In this document: positions 53,720 to 64,000 of the stretch, piece after piece
How positions within the stretch are numbered: position 1 is the stretch's first letter
How the letters are laid out: each line of letters opens with the position of its first letter
NCBI GenBank assembly: GCA_910584035.1
Contig: CAJTZR010000001.1
Location: 1,576 to 65,575, forward strand
DNA from: an uncultured Christensenella sp.
GTDB taxonomy: Bacteria; Bacillota; Clostridia; Christensenellales; UBA3700
Direction: 5' to 3'
Length of the DNA stretch: 64,000 bases
Made by a program: the position numbers and the translations under genes
Notes under the pieces: generated by a model
Databases searched by the model: none
Told to the model about the DNA's origin: nothing
What the model saw: the letters and a program-made list of their open reading frames with translations, nothing else

Positions 53720-56314
53720 ATGATAAAAATTAATAGTCTTTACAAAATTTATGAAAACGGAAGTATAGCGGTACGAAATGTATCGTTACAACTTCCGTCT
53801 TTTGGTTTTATAGCTATTGTCGGCACAAGTGGTTGCGGTAAGTCAACGTTGTTAAATTTAATGTCACGCAATGATATCCCGTCCAAAGGCGAGTTGCTTT
53901 ATAAGGATATAGCATATAGAGATTATGACAAAAGAATTTTAATTAAAGACTTTGCTTACATATATCAAGATTTTAAGTTGATAGAAAATTTAACTGTTTA
54001 TCAAAATATTAAAATAGGTCACGAACTAGCTAATAAGGACATAGATAATGATTTTATCTTAAATGTGGCGGAAAAACTAGGTTTAACTGAACTACTTGAC
54101 CAAAAAGTTTTTGCTTTGTCTGGCGGACAACAACAAAGGGTAGCTATCGCAAGGGCGTTGGTTAGGAATCCTAAAGTGATTTTTGCAGATGAACCTACTG
54201 GTAATTTGGATACTTCCAATTCCGAAAATGTTTACAACATTTTAAAAGATATATCAAAAGATATCCTTGTTGTTATAGTATCCCACGACAAAGCAATATC
54301 TAAGTGGGCGGATAGAATAATCGAAATGTATAATGGTAAAGTTATAGGCGATTATTCTTGTGAGCAATATGCAAAGTTAGAGGAAGAAAAGTCTTTGCAA
54401 GAGGCGGAACTACCAAAAGCTGATATACTTAATACGGATATAGAATATAAACAAAAACCAGCCTCTAAAAAAGATGCTAAGAATAAATTATATAAGAATA
54501 AACCATCGAAAATCGGTAGTAAAAGTAATTTTTCATACACTAAAGGCAAAAATTTAACTCGCAAAAACCAAAGTTTGACAGCTAGGTCAACTATGGGGTT
54601 AATGTTTGCTTTTAATAATAATGGTCTAGGCAAAAAGATAACATTACTTATTTTATCCGCATTAATGATTATGTTGATATTTTGGACAACTGCTGTAATG
54701 TTTACATCGCCAGATGTAACCTTTTGTAAATTTATTAAAGAAAATAAAATGCCATTTGTTGAAATGAATATTTATTCTCGTAGTTATACTATGAAGGATG
54801 AAGAATTTGATAAAATATTAGATTATATTACAGCAGAAACAGGGCAGTCGCCACCAGCTATATCTGGGCAAAATTTACATTATGCAATATCAGATATAGT
54901 CCCCGTTCAAGGATATAACTTCAGTTTTTCGCTTGGTTTGTGGAATAGTATATTTTTAGACAATCCAGAAGAAATGGGAATAAAAATGTTGATAGGCTCA
55001 GCACCTAAAGTAAATGCTGAGGGGCAAGACGAAATTGCTATATCTAAAACTTATTATGATTATTTTATGAAAGTTGGCAAGTTTAAAAATATCAATGGTG
55101 AAGTTGTTGACTTTAGTAAAAGGGAGTTAATTGGAACTTATATTGAGGAATTCAAGTTTAAAATTACAGGTGTATTTGAAGACTACAACGACTTAGATAT
55201 GGAAAATAATGATATGGAAGGGTTTGATTTGTACTATTATGATAGTATGGTATACAATATTATTCGCCCGAAAGCAGCTTATGAAGAAGTAAAAAAATTA
55301 AACGCAAACTTTTTTATCAATTTAAATAACTTTGTGTATGACTATGGTATAAATAGTGGCTATTTTGTTTTTGGTAAAAATAGTAGTCTAATGCAAAAAT
55401 ATTATTATAACACGGCGGAATTAAAAGAACCTCTTGCGGACAAAGAAATTTATGTTACTGATAAATTTGCAAGTGATTTTTGGTGGGCGAGAAAAGAGGA
55501 CCTGAAAGTTGGTGATACTTTAACATTTGACCTTGTAAAAATCAAGATGGATATGGGGTTTAGAAATATAGAAAAAGTCCTAAATTCTAACTTAACTTTT
55601 AAAGTAAAAGGGATAATTGATAGTATGGATGGTACTTATGAGATTATTATGAACGAAAATGTTTATGATAAATTAATGGTGTCATCTTACAATGGAAGTA
55701 AAGAATTTATTATTAATTCTAAATTTATAACGCCTCGATTTATTAAAAAGGTTAGAAAATTTATATATAACGAATTATCCCCAGAAATTAAGGAAATTGT
55801 TCAAAACGATTGGCAACACCAGCAGTTTAGTGTAGATTTTGCTTCACCAAAACTTGTAATAAATGACGAATATTATAACGATGTTTTGGATATTGCACGT
55901 TTTTATATAGGGTTACCACTTTGTATATTGGCGACAATAGCATACACGATTATATTGTGCGTTTTAATGTCAGATTTGATTAAGGAAAAAGGCAAAGATA
56001 CTTTGATTTTGCGGTCACTAGGTGCAAAAAATGCAGATATTTGGAAGATATTCGGTGCGGTTATGCTTGCAATGCTTTTATTCCAGTTTGTGATAGGTTG
56101 CTCTTTGGGTGGTGGTTTGGTTCACGGACTAAATCTATTTTGGATGTTAGCCGCTGATATGGAATTTTATACACCTACATTCTTTATAAGCCCAGCAAGT
56201 GTTTTTGTTATGTTGATTGCAATATTCGCAATTAGTGGCGGAGTGCTATTTTACAATATAAATAAATTGGGCGGTAAAAACTTAAGGCAATCATTCCAAA
56301 AACAGAAAAAGTAA
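53720..56314 (+). CDS. MacB-like fused ABC ATPase / FtsX-family permease (paralogue 1)
   Basis: 864 aa. N-terminal NBD ([31 protein letters not shown]), a Lys-rich linker, TM1, a very long soluble (presumably extracytoplasmic) region of several hundred residues, and three C-terminal FtsX-type TM helices. Confidence 0.85.
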   Translation: MIKINSLYKIYENGSIAVRNVSLQLPSFGFIAIVGTSGCGKSTLLNLMSRNDIPSKGELLYKDIAYRDYDKRILIKDFAYIYQDFKLIENLTVYQNIKIGHELANKDIDNDFILNVAEKLGLTELLDQKVFALSGGQQQRVAIARALVRNPKVIFADEPTGNLDTSNSENVYNILKDISKDILVVIVSHDKAISKWADRIIEMYNGKVIGDYSCEQYAKLEEEKSLQEAELPKADILNTDIEYKQKPASKKDAKNKLYKNKPSKIGSKSNFSYTKGKNLTRKNQSLTARSTMGLMFAFNNNGLGKKITLLILSALMIMLIFWTTAVMFTSPDVTFCKFIKENKMPFVEMNIYSRSYTMKDEEFDKILDYITAETGQSPPAISGQNLHYAISDIVPVQGYNFSFSLGLWNSIFLDNPEEMGIKMLIGSAPKVNAEGQDEIAISKTYYDYFMKVGKFKNINGEVVDFSKRELIGTYIEEFKFKITGVFEDYNDLDMENNDMEGFDLYYYDSMVYNIIRPKAAYEEVKKLNANFFINLNNFVYDYGINSGYFVFGKNSSLMQKYYYNTAELKEPLADKEIYVTDKFASDFWWARKEDLKVGDTLTFDLVKIKMDMGFRNIEKVLNSNLTFKVKGIIDSMDGTYEIIMNENVYDKLMVSSYNGSKEFIINSKFITPRFIKKVRKFIYNELSPEIKEIVQNDWQHQQFSVDFASPKLVINDEYYNDVLDIARFYIGLPLCILATIAYTIILCVLMSDLIKEKGKDTLILRSLGAKNADIWKIFGAVMLAMLLFQFVIGCSLGGGLVHGLNLFWMLAADMEFYTPTFFISPASVFVMLIAIFAISGGVLFYNINKLGGKNLRQSFQKQKK

Positions 56315-56338
56315 ATAAGTATAATTTAAAAGGAATTT

Positions 56339-58972
56339 ATGATAAAATTACAAAATGTAAGTAAAGTTTATGAAAATGGAACAAAGGCAGTAAGCGATAT
56401 TAGCTTGCAACTGCCTAAGGTCGGAATGGTCGCAATCATTGGCACAAGTGGCTGTGGCAAGTCAACTTTGCTTAACTTGCTATCTAATAATGACGAGATA
56501 ACTAGTGGTATTCTTACATATAACGATAAAAGTTATAAGGATATTGACTCTCAAGTTTTGATTCAAGATTTTGGCTACATTTATCAAGACTTTAAATTAA
56601 TAGACAATTTAACAGTGTATCAAAATATTATGATTGGTCACGAACTTTCTAGCAAGGAAATTGACTATGATTTAGTTATAAACACCGCTAAAGAATTGGG
56701 GATATTTGATTTGCTTGACGAAAAAGTTTATTCTTTATCTGGCGGACAAATGCAAAGGGTAGCAATTGCAAGAGCGATAGTAAGACAACCTAAAGTAATT
56801 TTTGCAGACGAGCCTACAGGTAATTTGGATAGTGATAATTCTATAAATGTGTACAATATTTTACGTGAACTTGCTAATAAAATATTGGTTGTCGTAGTAT
56901 CTCACGATAGGGAAATAACTACTTGGGCGGATAGAGTAATAACTTTGGCAGACGGAAAAGTGATTGATGATAATCTTGGCAAGTCAATTAGTTTTGTGGA
57001 GATTGAAAAGAAAGAAAAAAGTGACGAGGAAAAGGATATAGAAGAGATTTTGCAAATGCAAAATGCTATTAAAAATAAAAGCAAAAAAACAAGCGAATTT
57101 TTCTCATTTAAAAATAATCCTAAAAAAGATAGAAAACAAGTTGCTTTAGGTGGCAAGTCGTCTTTGGGACTTAGCGTTGCTTTACTAAATAAGGACATAG
57201 TAAAAAAAGTTTGCCTTACTATAGTAATGGTTATCCTAATTGCGTTAATGACACTATCTTGTGCTATGACTTTTGCAAGGGTTGAAAAAACAATGGCAAA
57301 CGCTATAAATGCTACAAGTGGCAAAAAAATCTTTGCAGTAAAACCAGTTATTGAAAAACAAAACTATACTTTATCTGCTGACGATATGAAAAAGTTTGAT
57401 GAGCTACTAATTCAAAATGACTTGACTTATTACGAACTAGCAAAAGGTGAAGTTATTGCGGAAAATTGGGGTAGCTTATATCCAAACAATGAAAATGTAA
57501 AGCAAATGGCTTATTACGCAAATATGGATATATCACAAATGCAAAATGCTATTTTTACAGATAATCCAAAGGAATTGGGACTTAATATTTTAATTGGACG
57601 AGAACCTAAAACTACAGACGAAATTGCAATATCAAAATCATTTTACGACTATATGATATACTATAAAAATTTTGCTATTGACATAGGTGAAAGCAATCAC
57701 CAAATACAACTTACTGAAATCAATTTTTTAAATAATAGTCAAATAGTATCGATTTTCGGCGTAAAAATTTGCGGAGTGTTTGATGATAGGAATAGTATTG
57801 ACAGCAGTTTGAAAGAAAAAGACATTGAAAAAATGACCGCAGAGGAATTGCAAAAATTCCAACTAGTTTTAGACGAAGAATATAGTGCTAATCCACTTAT
57901 CAATTTGGTTATAAAATGTAAAGACGCAAGGACTGAATGGGGATATTTTTCTGGTGTCAATTCAGATATGAAATTAACTTTGGAAAATTGTTTTGGTACT
58001 CAAAACAATGATTATTATTTTAACTTCGCACCAATAAATAGTGCGGTGTCAAGGTATTATAATTTAAGCAGTGAAATTATTAATACGCCACTTGCAAAAA
58101 ATGAGATATTTGTTGATAGTTTAACTTTGGATAAAATAAATGCTTTTTTGGGAAAAGGTAATTCAAGTGTTGATGCAATAAAAGAGGGTAGTATTTTGCC
58201 AATGTGTGTTGTTGGAATGTCTGCATTGACAGAGGAATCGTTAAAATTCCCCGATAAATTTTATTTGACACAAAACGTTAGAATTGCAAAAGTTGTGGAT
58301 AATATCGGAATAGCGACAAATACAATTTTTATGAATGAGGAAACTTACAACACTTTTAATATTGTAAAGAAATATTCGCAAGAAAGGTTGATAAGTTCAG
58401 AACATATAAGTGCAAGTAGTCTTTCAAAATTAAATAAAGATTTTAATAATTATGCTAACAGCTTGTTTGATACTAAGTGCGATAATTATATTAATTACTC
58501 AATACAAAATTGTCCAATTAAAAAATCAAGCGAGTTCGGTTTTATAAGTGTTAGTCAACAATACTTGTGCATTCCACTAATGATATTGTCAATATTTATG
58601 TCTGTTGGTATTATAGTTGTATTTTATTCCGATTTTGTAAAAACAAAAGCAAAAGATTTGTTAATATTAAAATCGCTTGGTGCAAAAAATAAAGACTTTT
58701 TTAGTATTTATAGTATATTTTTTGTAGTGCTAGTAGCTATTCAAATGCTTTTCGGGTTGTTACTTGGTAGTTTATTGATATACCTAATTAATATATTTGC
58801 ATCTAAAATAAGTGGTTATGCTAATATCTTTTCGGTATTTTATTTAGATTCTGCATCTTGGGTATTTACAATATTTGCAGTTTTGCTAATAAATGTTGTA
58901 AGTTTATTTATAAGCTTAGCTGGCATATCTAATAAAAATTTACGTAAAGCATTCCAAAAACTAAAAAGATAG
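56339..58972 (+). CDS. MacB-like fused ABC ATPase / FtsX-family permease (paralogue 2)
   Basis: 877 aa. Same architecture. The NBD aligns without gaps to paralogue 1, with most positions identical ([28 protein letters not shown]). Confidence 0.85.
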   Translation: MIKLQNVSKVYENGTKAVSDISLQLPKVGMVAIIGTSGCGKSTLLNLLSNNDEITSGILTYNDKSYKDIDSQVLIQDFGYIYQDFKLIDNLTVYQNIMIGHELSSKEIDYDLVINTAKELGIFDLLDEKVYSLSGGQMQRVAIARAIVRQPKVIFADEPTGNLDSDNSINVYNILRELANKILVVVVSHDREITTWADRVITLADGKVIDDNLGKSISFVEIEKKEKSDEEKDIEEILQMQNAIKNKSKKTSEFFSFKNNPKKDRKQVALGGKSSLGLSVALLNKDIVKKVCLTIVMVILIALMTLSCAMTFARVEKTMANAINATSGKKIFAVKPVIEKQNYTLSADDMKKFDELLIQNDLTYYELAKGEVIAENWGSLYPNNENVKQMAYYANMDISQMQNAIFTDNPKELGLNILIGREPKTTDEIAISKSFYDYMIYYKNFAIDIGESNHQIQLTEINFLNNSQIVSIFGVKICGVFDDRNSIDSSLKEKDIEKMTAEELQKFQLVLDEEYSANPLINLVIKCKDARTEWGYFSGVNSDMKLTLENCFGTQNNDYYFNFAPINSAVSRYYNLSSEIINTPLAKNEIFVDSLTLDKINAFLGKGNSSVDAIKEGSILPMCVVGMSALTEESLKFPDKFYLTQNVRIAKVVDNIGIATNTIFMNEETYNTFNIVKKYSQERLISSEHISASSLSKLNKDFNNYANSLFDTKCDNYINYSIQNCPIKKSSEFGFISVSQQYLCIPLMILSIFMSVGIIVVFYSDFVKTKAKDLLILKSLGAKNKDFFSIYSIFFVVLVAIQMLFGLLLGSLLIYLINIFASKISGYANIFSVFYLDSASWVFTIFAVLLINVVSLFISLAGISNKNLRKAFQKLKR

Positions 58973-59031
58973 TAAGTGATTTTAAAACTTAAATTTAATA
59001 ACCAAAATAGCAAAATAAAAATTTTATAAAC

Positions 59032-59922
59032 TTAAGATTTCCTTGTGCGATAATCATTTGCAGTCATTAAATAATGCTCTTTAAATTTACGGCAAAAATA
59101 TCCCACGTTTTCAAAACCAGTTTCCAAAGCAATACTAGTAATTGTTTTATCTGTAGATAAAAGTAAATCCGCAGCACGAGCAAGTCGGTATTGTATTAAA
59201 TAGGATATTGGGGAAATGTTGATTCCTTTTTGAAAAACTTGCAAAGCACTATTTTTGCTTATATAAACAGCGGAAGCAATATCGGATAAAGTGATATTTT
59301 TATTGTAATTTGAATGAATAAATTGCATCATAATTTGTAGTTGGGAGCGGTGTAAGTTTTCACGACTTTTTGGTTGGTATTCCGATTTTAATTGAATATT
59401 ATCATAAAAAATTTTCCATAATTCAAATAAATTTATTAGAGTTTCAAATTCAAAAGAGCCATTTTGATTTTGAAGCTCAAATATTTTTTTAAGAGTGTTT
59501 AAAATGTTATTTTGCCATTCTATATGTGGACTGAGTATTTGAAATGATATGTTCGAATCTAAAATGGGCTTAACATATTTAGTAATAATTCTACTTTGTG
59601 CTTCACCAAAAACACGAGTTGCAAATACTATATTTGGCATTAAATTATTATCTTTAGCCTCATAGCGGTGCAGAACGCCACTATTTACAAATAAGCCATA
59701 TCCTTTTGAAAGAACAAATTTTTCAGTACCAATATAACAATCTACACTGCCGTTTTGAACATAAATAATCTCAATTTCTGGATGCCAATGCCACGTAATA
59801 CAATGGAAATCAAATTCCCATACATTTTCTAAAAAATAGTAGAATGGAAAATCTGAACTAACATTTGGTAATTTTTCTTGGTAAGATTCATCTGTTATTG
59901 TTTTTAAAGTTTGCTTTATCAT
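59032..59922 (-). CDS. AraC-family transcriptional regulator (cupin + HTH)
   Basis: The start MIKQTLK at 59922 has RBS AGAGGTG. The C-terminal ISPISYLIQYRLARAADLL...VGYFCRKFKEH is an AraC HTH. Confidence 0.8.
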   Translation of the reverse strand: MIKQTLKTITDESYQEKLPNVSSDFPFYYFLENVWEFDFHCITWHWHPEIEIIYVQNGSVDCYIGTEKFVLSKGYGLFVNSGVLHRYEAKDNNLMPNIVFATRVFGEAQSRIITKYVKPILDSNISFQILSPHIEWQNNILNTLKKIFELQNQNGSFEFETLINLFELWKIFYDNIQLKSEYQPKSRENLHRSQLQIMMQFIHSNYNKNITLSDIASAVYISKNSALQVFQKGINISPISYLIQYRLARAADLLLSTDKTITSIALETGFENVGYFCRKFKEHYLMTANDYRTRKS

Positions 59923-60047
59923 ATAACACCTCTTTGTGATATAATACCATATATTAATGATATATTGCAATAATTATTGTATATTTTGTGATATAATATA
60001 GTTACCAATCATTGCAATGAACATAAAATTAACTTGGAGGACAAAAA

Positions 60048-60641
60048 ATGCAATTTAAATGGCTTAATGAAAGTAGAATTAAAAATAAAGACAACAATTC
60101 TATAGAAATTTATGCATCAGCTAAAAGCGATTTTTTTTGTGGCGGAGATATAACAATTCAAGAAGGTGCTTTGCCTAATAACATATGTAATGCACCATAT
60201 TACTATACTGAAATTGTAGGTGATTTTATTATGCGTGTAAAAGTATCGCTAGACTTTAAAAGTACATATGATGCTTCAGCTGTTATGGTAATGAAAGATA
60301 TTGAAAACTGGGGAAAATTTTGTTTTGAACAAACTGACTTTGATACTCACGCAGTTGTTAGTGTAGTTACTCGTAATAACATTTCTGATGATGCTAATGG
60401 CTGTAATATTCAAACTGATAATGTTTGGTTGCAAGTTTGTAGAAATGGTAATGCATTTGCTTTTCATTATTCTGTAGACGGAGTAAATTATTATATGTCA
60501 CGATTTTTTTATTTAAACGCTGATAATGTGGTAAAAGTTGGGCTTGTTGCTCAATCACCTATAGGTGACGGCGGTAAAAGAATATTTGAAGAATTAAGTA
60601 TACAATATAAAACAGTAAAAAATATAAGAGTAGGAAAATAA
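60048..60641 (+). CDS. DUF1349-like (concanavalin-type beta-sandwich) protein
   Basis: 197 aa. FKWLNE...SDFF...YYYTEIVGDFIMRVKV...WLQVCRNGNAFAFHYSVDG fits the DUF1349 pattern as I recall it. Confidence 0.55.
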   Translation: MQFKWLNESRIKNKDNNSIEIYASAKSDFFCGGDITIQEGALPNNICNAPYYYTEIVGDFIMRVKVSLDFKSTYDASAVMVMKDIENWGKFCFEQTDFDTHAVVSVVTRNNISDDANGCNIQTDNVWLQVCRNGNAFAFHYSVDGVNYYMSRFFYLNADNVVKVGLVAQSPIGDGGKRIFEELSIQYKTVKNIRVGK

Positions 60642-60650
60642 GGAGGAATT

Positions 60651-61226
60651 ATGACTGATTGGGAAAAGATGCTTGAGGGTATTCCTTATGATGATAGAGA
60701 ACAACAACTAGAAGACCGCAGATTAGTTGCAAAACAACTTTTTAGGGAGTACAATAAAACAACTGAAGAAGATATGGAAAAAAGAAATGAAATAATGAAA
60801 AAGCTTTTTCGTAGTGTAGGTGAAAATGTGTTTATTGAACCCGATTTTATTTGCGAATTTGGTTGTAACATTACTTTTGGAAACAATGTTTTTATAAATT
60901 TTGGTTGCATAATTTTTGATTGTGGTGAAGTAACGATTGGTGATAATGTTATGTTTGGACCACGAGTGGGAATTTACACAACAAATCACGCACTAGACGC
61001 TAAAGAACGAGTTAATAATGTTTGTATATCTAAACCTATAACTATAGGTAAACGAGTATGGCTTGGAGCTGATGTAAAGATTGTTCAAGGTGTAACTATT
61101 GGCGATGATAGTGTAATTGGTGCAGGTAGCGTTGTCACAAAAAGTATTCCATCTGGGGTAGTTGCCGTAGGCAATCCGTGCCGTGTAATAAGAAAAATAA
61201 CAGATAAAGATAAATTGACACAATAA
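60651..61226 (+). CDS. maa: Sugar (maltose/galactoside-type) O-acetyltransferase, hexapeptide-repeat family
   Basis: 191 aa. N-terminal Mac-like region (EKMLEGIPYD) and hexapeptide repeats (GDNVMFGPRVGIYT, VWLGADVKIVQGVTIGDDSVIGAGSVV). Confidence 0.8.
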   Translation: MTDWEKMLEGIPYDDREQQLEDRRLVAKQLFREYNKTTEEDMEKRNEIMKKLFRSVGENVFIEPDFICEFGCNITFGNNVFINFGCIIFDCGEVTIGDNVMFGPRVGIYTTNHALDAKERVNNVCISKPITIGKRVWLGADVKIVQGVTIGDDSVIGAGSVVTKSIPSGVVAVGNPCRVIRKITDKDKLTQ

Positions 61227-61252
61227 AAAAGAGGGCAAATGCCCTCTTTTTT
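61225..61252. terminator. Bidirectional terminator
   Basis: AAAAAAGAGGGC-AAAT-GCCCTCTTTTTT. Confidence 0.8.
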
Positions 61253-61508
61253 ATAATGCAAAATTATTTATTTCATTTAATTCTACACCAATTCAAATAC
61301 GCTTGTTTTAATTAGTCCAAATTAATTCCATATTTCATCATATTTTTAAACAACTTCATTATTTTTGAAATAGTTTTAATATCATTATTAGCTGTATTGT
61401 GTATTAATTGATTAACTCATTTTCAATAATAAACTATTTATATATTTATTAATTTAAAAGTTATTGTATGTATTGTTTTAAATCAATTGTGCTATTAAAA
61501 AAGCCTTT

Positions 61509-62459
61509 TTATATTTTTGCTAAATTCTTGTACATATTTTTAATAAGCGGATTCATAATTGACCAAAATAAAGTTCCAGCCTTAATATAACAAAATACTT
61601 CATTCCAAAGAGCATAAAAAGCACATTTTATATTGCAATTTTTGCTTGCACCATATTTTTGTATATATGTTTTTCTTAGATTGAATTTTTTGCCACCCAT
61701 ATTATCAAGTTGAAACAAATCATATTCTCTATCTGCAAACATTGAATTAAGTGGGTCAATTATTCCAGTAATATTATAATCTTTATCAACCATAATATTT
61801 GTAATATTTAAATCGCCGTGAATCAAACAAGCTGTTGATACTTTTTCAGAAAAGATTGTATCAAATTTATCCCAAGCAAGACGCATAATTTCTATAATCT
61901 TTTTGTGCAATTTGCCTTCTTGAAACAATTGCTCAGATGTATCATAAATTGCTTTTGCAAAAGGTTTGTAATAGTCAAGCCAGTTATCACAATTAGGATT
62001 TTGAGTGTCGCCAAATTTAGTATTTGTGCATAAATGAATTTCGTGAAGAGCAGTTGTAACTTGTTCTGCAAACTTATTTTTTCGCTTTGCTCCCATAAAT
62101 AGTATTTTAAAAACATTAAAGGCACTTTGTCCGCCTATTAACTCCATACCATAACAATCTAATGGAATCAATTCATTTGCTTTTCTTTCAAATAAAATTT
62201 TTGGAATTTTAACAGAGCAATTTTTTGCAAGTAAATTCAAATCAAAACATTCTTTATCACACATATTTTCTGCACGCAAAAATTTAATTACAATAGATTT
62301 ACCCTCAAGCTCAACTAAAAAGGCTTTTCCAAACGACCCGCCACCAATATATTTAATATTTTTAGCAACTTGTCCATATTTTTCTTCAACAATACTTTTA
62401 ATATAATTAATCGCATCATTGTTATCTAATTCTTTTGCCTCAATTCTTTCAATAACCAT
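61509..62459 (-). CDS. APH/choline-kinase-like phosphotransferase family protein
   Basis: IGGGSFGKAF (P-loop-like), VIKFLR (Lys), LIHGDLNITNIMV (HxDxxxxN) and GIIDP. The start at 62459 has RBS GGGAGA and is preferred over 62489. Confidence 0.7.
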   Translation of the reverse strand: MVIERIEAKELDNNDAINYIKSIVEEKYGQVAKNIKYIGGGSFGKAFLVELEGKSIVIKFLRAENMCDKECFDLNLLAKNCSVKIPKILFERKANELIPLDCYGMELIGGQSAFNVFKILFMGAKRKNKFAEQVTTALHEIHLCTNTKFGDTQNPNCDNWLDYYKPFAKAIYDTSEQLFQEGKLHKKIIEIMRLAWDKFDTIFSEKVSTACLIHGDLNITNIMVDKDYNITGIIDPLNSMFADREYDLFQLDNMGGKKFNLRKTYIQKYGASKNCNIKCAFYALWNEVFCYIKAGTLFWSIMNPLIKNMYKNLAKI

Positions 62460-62498
62460 TCTTTTCTCCCTTAATAATGGTATAACCATCTTTAAATT

Positions 62499-63188
62499 TT
62501 ATAATTCTTTTAATTTGTTATTATAAAAATAATAAATACTTTCTTTTTTAAAGCCATATTCCAAACCTTTCTTTGCAATATGCGGTTCAAATGTAAAATA
62601 TTCAACTTCGCTTAACTTGCTTTTATTACCTTTTTTAATATATATCCTGTCGTTTTTATGTTTTTCTATGGAATGACCTAAATTTTTATTAAAATCTAAA
62701 TTAACATATCCATTAGTTGTAATGTAATCATTCATTAAAAAATATAAATCTTGGAAAGTTGTATTAGGTGTAGCAAGTGTTAACAATTTGTTGTGTAATT
62801 TGTTCTCCATAATTAATCCGTCTTTCCACTCAAGATTTTTAATGCTATTTAAATCTTGCACTACCAAACCATTTTCAATAATAATTGTTTCAGCATAATC
62901 ACCCCAAACATTGCCAACTTGAGGACTTAAATCAACAGTTAGAATATCATTACTTTCAATTCGCTTTTGTGACGTCTTATATTTTTTACCAGGTATAGAT
63001 AATTTTGTTTCTTTGCCAGAAAATATGAAAGCTCCAATATTCCAATACCAAAAAGAGCTAGCACCTAGCGATAACATTTTATTCTCCGCCATTTCCCTTA
63101 TTTCAACCAAGCTCATACCAACTTTAGTATTAGATTTTATAAATTGCATAGTCAGCTTCGCAATTTGTTGAACATCAGCATTATTCAT
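62499..63188 (-). CDS. Short M24-like (pita-bread fold) protein without an N-terminal domain
   Basis: 229 aa. LTVDLSPQVGNVWGDYAET, NLGHSIE and FTFEPHI resemble the M24 metal-ligand blocks. RBS GAGGA. Confidence 0.55.
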   Translation of the reverse strand: MNNADVQQIAKLTMQFIKSNTKVGMSLVEIREMAENKMLSLGASSFWYWNIGAFIFSGKETKLSIPGKKYKTSQKRIESNDILTVDLSPQVGNVWGDYAETIIIENGLVVQDLNSIKNLEWKDGLIMENKLHNKLLTLATPNTTFQDLYFLMNDYITTNGYVNLDFNKNLGHSIEKHKNDRIYIKKGNKSKLSEVEYFTFEPHIAKKGLEYGFKKESIYYFYNNKLKEL

Positions 63189-63774
63189 ATATCCTCGTAG
63201 TATTTGTAAATATCATTTTTACCTTATATTGTTTGGTTTTTAAATATTATCATATTTATATTATCAAAAAATATTTGTTTTGTCAATAATGACTGTTTTT
63301 TGACAATTGTTAATAATATTTAGGCGTCAAAGCATTTTTTTGCCAAAAAATCGTTTCAGTGTAGAATTATGGTCTATCTTTAATGTGAATACTTGTGAGA
63401 AAGTGTGAGATATCTACATTTTGTGGAAAAAATTATAATAATATAAGATAATTTTGTTTTGTTATGTCTAATACCTAAATAATTCAAATAAATTGTTGGT
63501 TAAAAAAATATTGAAATTTTAATGCGTAATTTTATGCACTTTAGGCGTAAATTGATAATGTATTTTTGGGAGTTATTATTGTGCTACATATATAAAAAAA
63601 TAAATATATAGTAATAGTCTTGATTTTTGTACTTATTTATGTTATAATAAATTGATTTTTAATGTGGTTGCTAGCAAGTATTAAAACTAATATTAAAAAA
63701 GTTAACGAAAATGCAACTTTTTTGAGTTCAATAAACTATTGCTACAACTTACAAAAAATAATTTAGGAGAGATT

Positions 63775-64000
63775 ATGAATAATAAAGTTAGCATAATTGT
63801 TCCATCATACAAAAGAACAAAAGATTTGTTTTCAAGAGCAATTGAGTCTTTGTTGAATCAAAGTTACGAAAATATAGAAGTTGTTGTGGTAGATGATAAT
63901 GCAAAACCAGAGCATATTGATTACAGAATTGCATTGCAAGAATATATTGAAACGCTAAACAATGATAAAATTATTTATATACAGAATCAAGAAAATTTGG
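63775..64000 (+). CDS. Family-2 glycosyltransferase, 5' part (runs off the window)
   Basis: The ATG at 63775 follows TAGGAGAG. MNNKVSIIVPSYKRTKDLFSRAIESLLNQSYENIEVVVVDDN is a classic GT2 N-terminus. It is absent from the track because there is no stop codon in the window. Confidence 0.8.
   Translation, partial: MNNKVSIIVPSYKRTKDLFSRAIESLLNQSYENIEVVVVDDNAKPEHIDYRIALQEYIETLNNDKIIYIQNQENL

Noticed and set aside
1-64000. Alternative genetic code (UGA = Trp, as in Mollicutes), given the low GC content and insert-bearing ABC ATPase
   Set aside because: TGA terminates well-supported genes at the expected length (gltX at 5094-5096, the transketolase N-subunit at 28815-28817, the acyl-CoA ligase-like gene at 15477-15479), and Trp is encoded by TGG.

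Overview
AT-rich chromosomal segment from a low-GC Gram-positive-type (Bacillota-like) bacterium. It has GGAGG-type Shine-Dalgarno sites, several TTGACA-17-TATAAT promoters, hairpin+T-tract terminators and lipobox lipoproteins. The genetic code is standard (TGA is used as a stop). I support 51 protein-coding genes, two of them cut by the window edges. I found no rRNA, tRNA, CRISPR array, integrase or transposase. Gene order: surface-protein tail with a dockerin-like repeat; pepV; radC-like; gltX-mrnC, thyA-folA, rlmB; an orphan OmpR-type regulator with a degenerate receiver; a cytoplasmic GH13 enzyme; an amino-acid ABC transporter whose ATPase carries a ~140-aa insertion; acyl-CoA-ligase-like gene coupled to tex; an MMPL transporter; a BspA-type LRR lipoprotein; nrdDG with paired NrdR boxes; a sugar-phosphate nucleotidyltransferase; split transketolase; polysaccharide deacetylase; an RluA-type pseudouridine synthase; marR plus a heterodimeric ABC exporter; an M29 aminopeptidase; an HTH-Fic gene; gap; a ~3.7-kb accessory island; argG and argHCJBDF plus a coupled 8-TM protein; two tandem MacB-like fused ABC/FtsX genes; araC-DUF1349-maa; an APH-like kinase plus an M24-like protein; and the start of a GT2 glycosyltransferase. 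The best candidates for something new are these. (1) The gap/argG island holds duplicated XRE-type HTH genes with conserved palindromic operators, a YpsA/DUF1273-like SLOG protein, a 440-aa orphan protein with C-terminal membrane helices, and an isochorismatase-fold hydrolase. I cannot assign this combination to any named system. (2) A ~180-200-nt non-coding intergenic element with hairpins near both ends occurs at four loci, once as a tandem pair that abuts a stop codon. (3) Three evenly phased TTCCG-N4-CGGAA palindromes sit over the Fic promoter. All product calls rest on motifs I recognised by eye in the supplied translations; no database search was possible.
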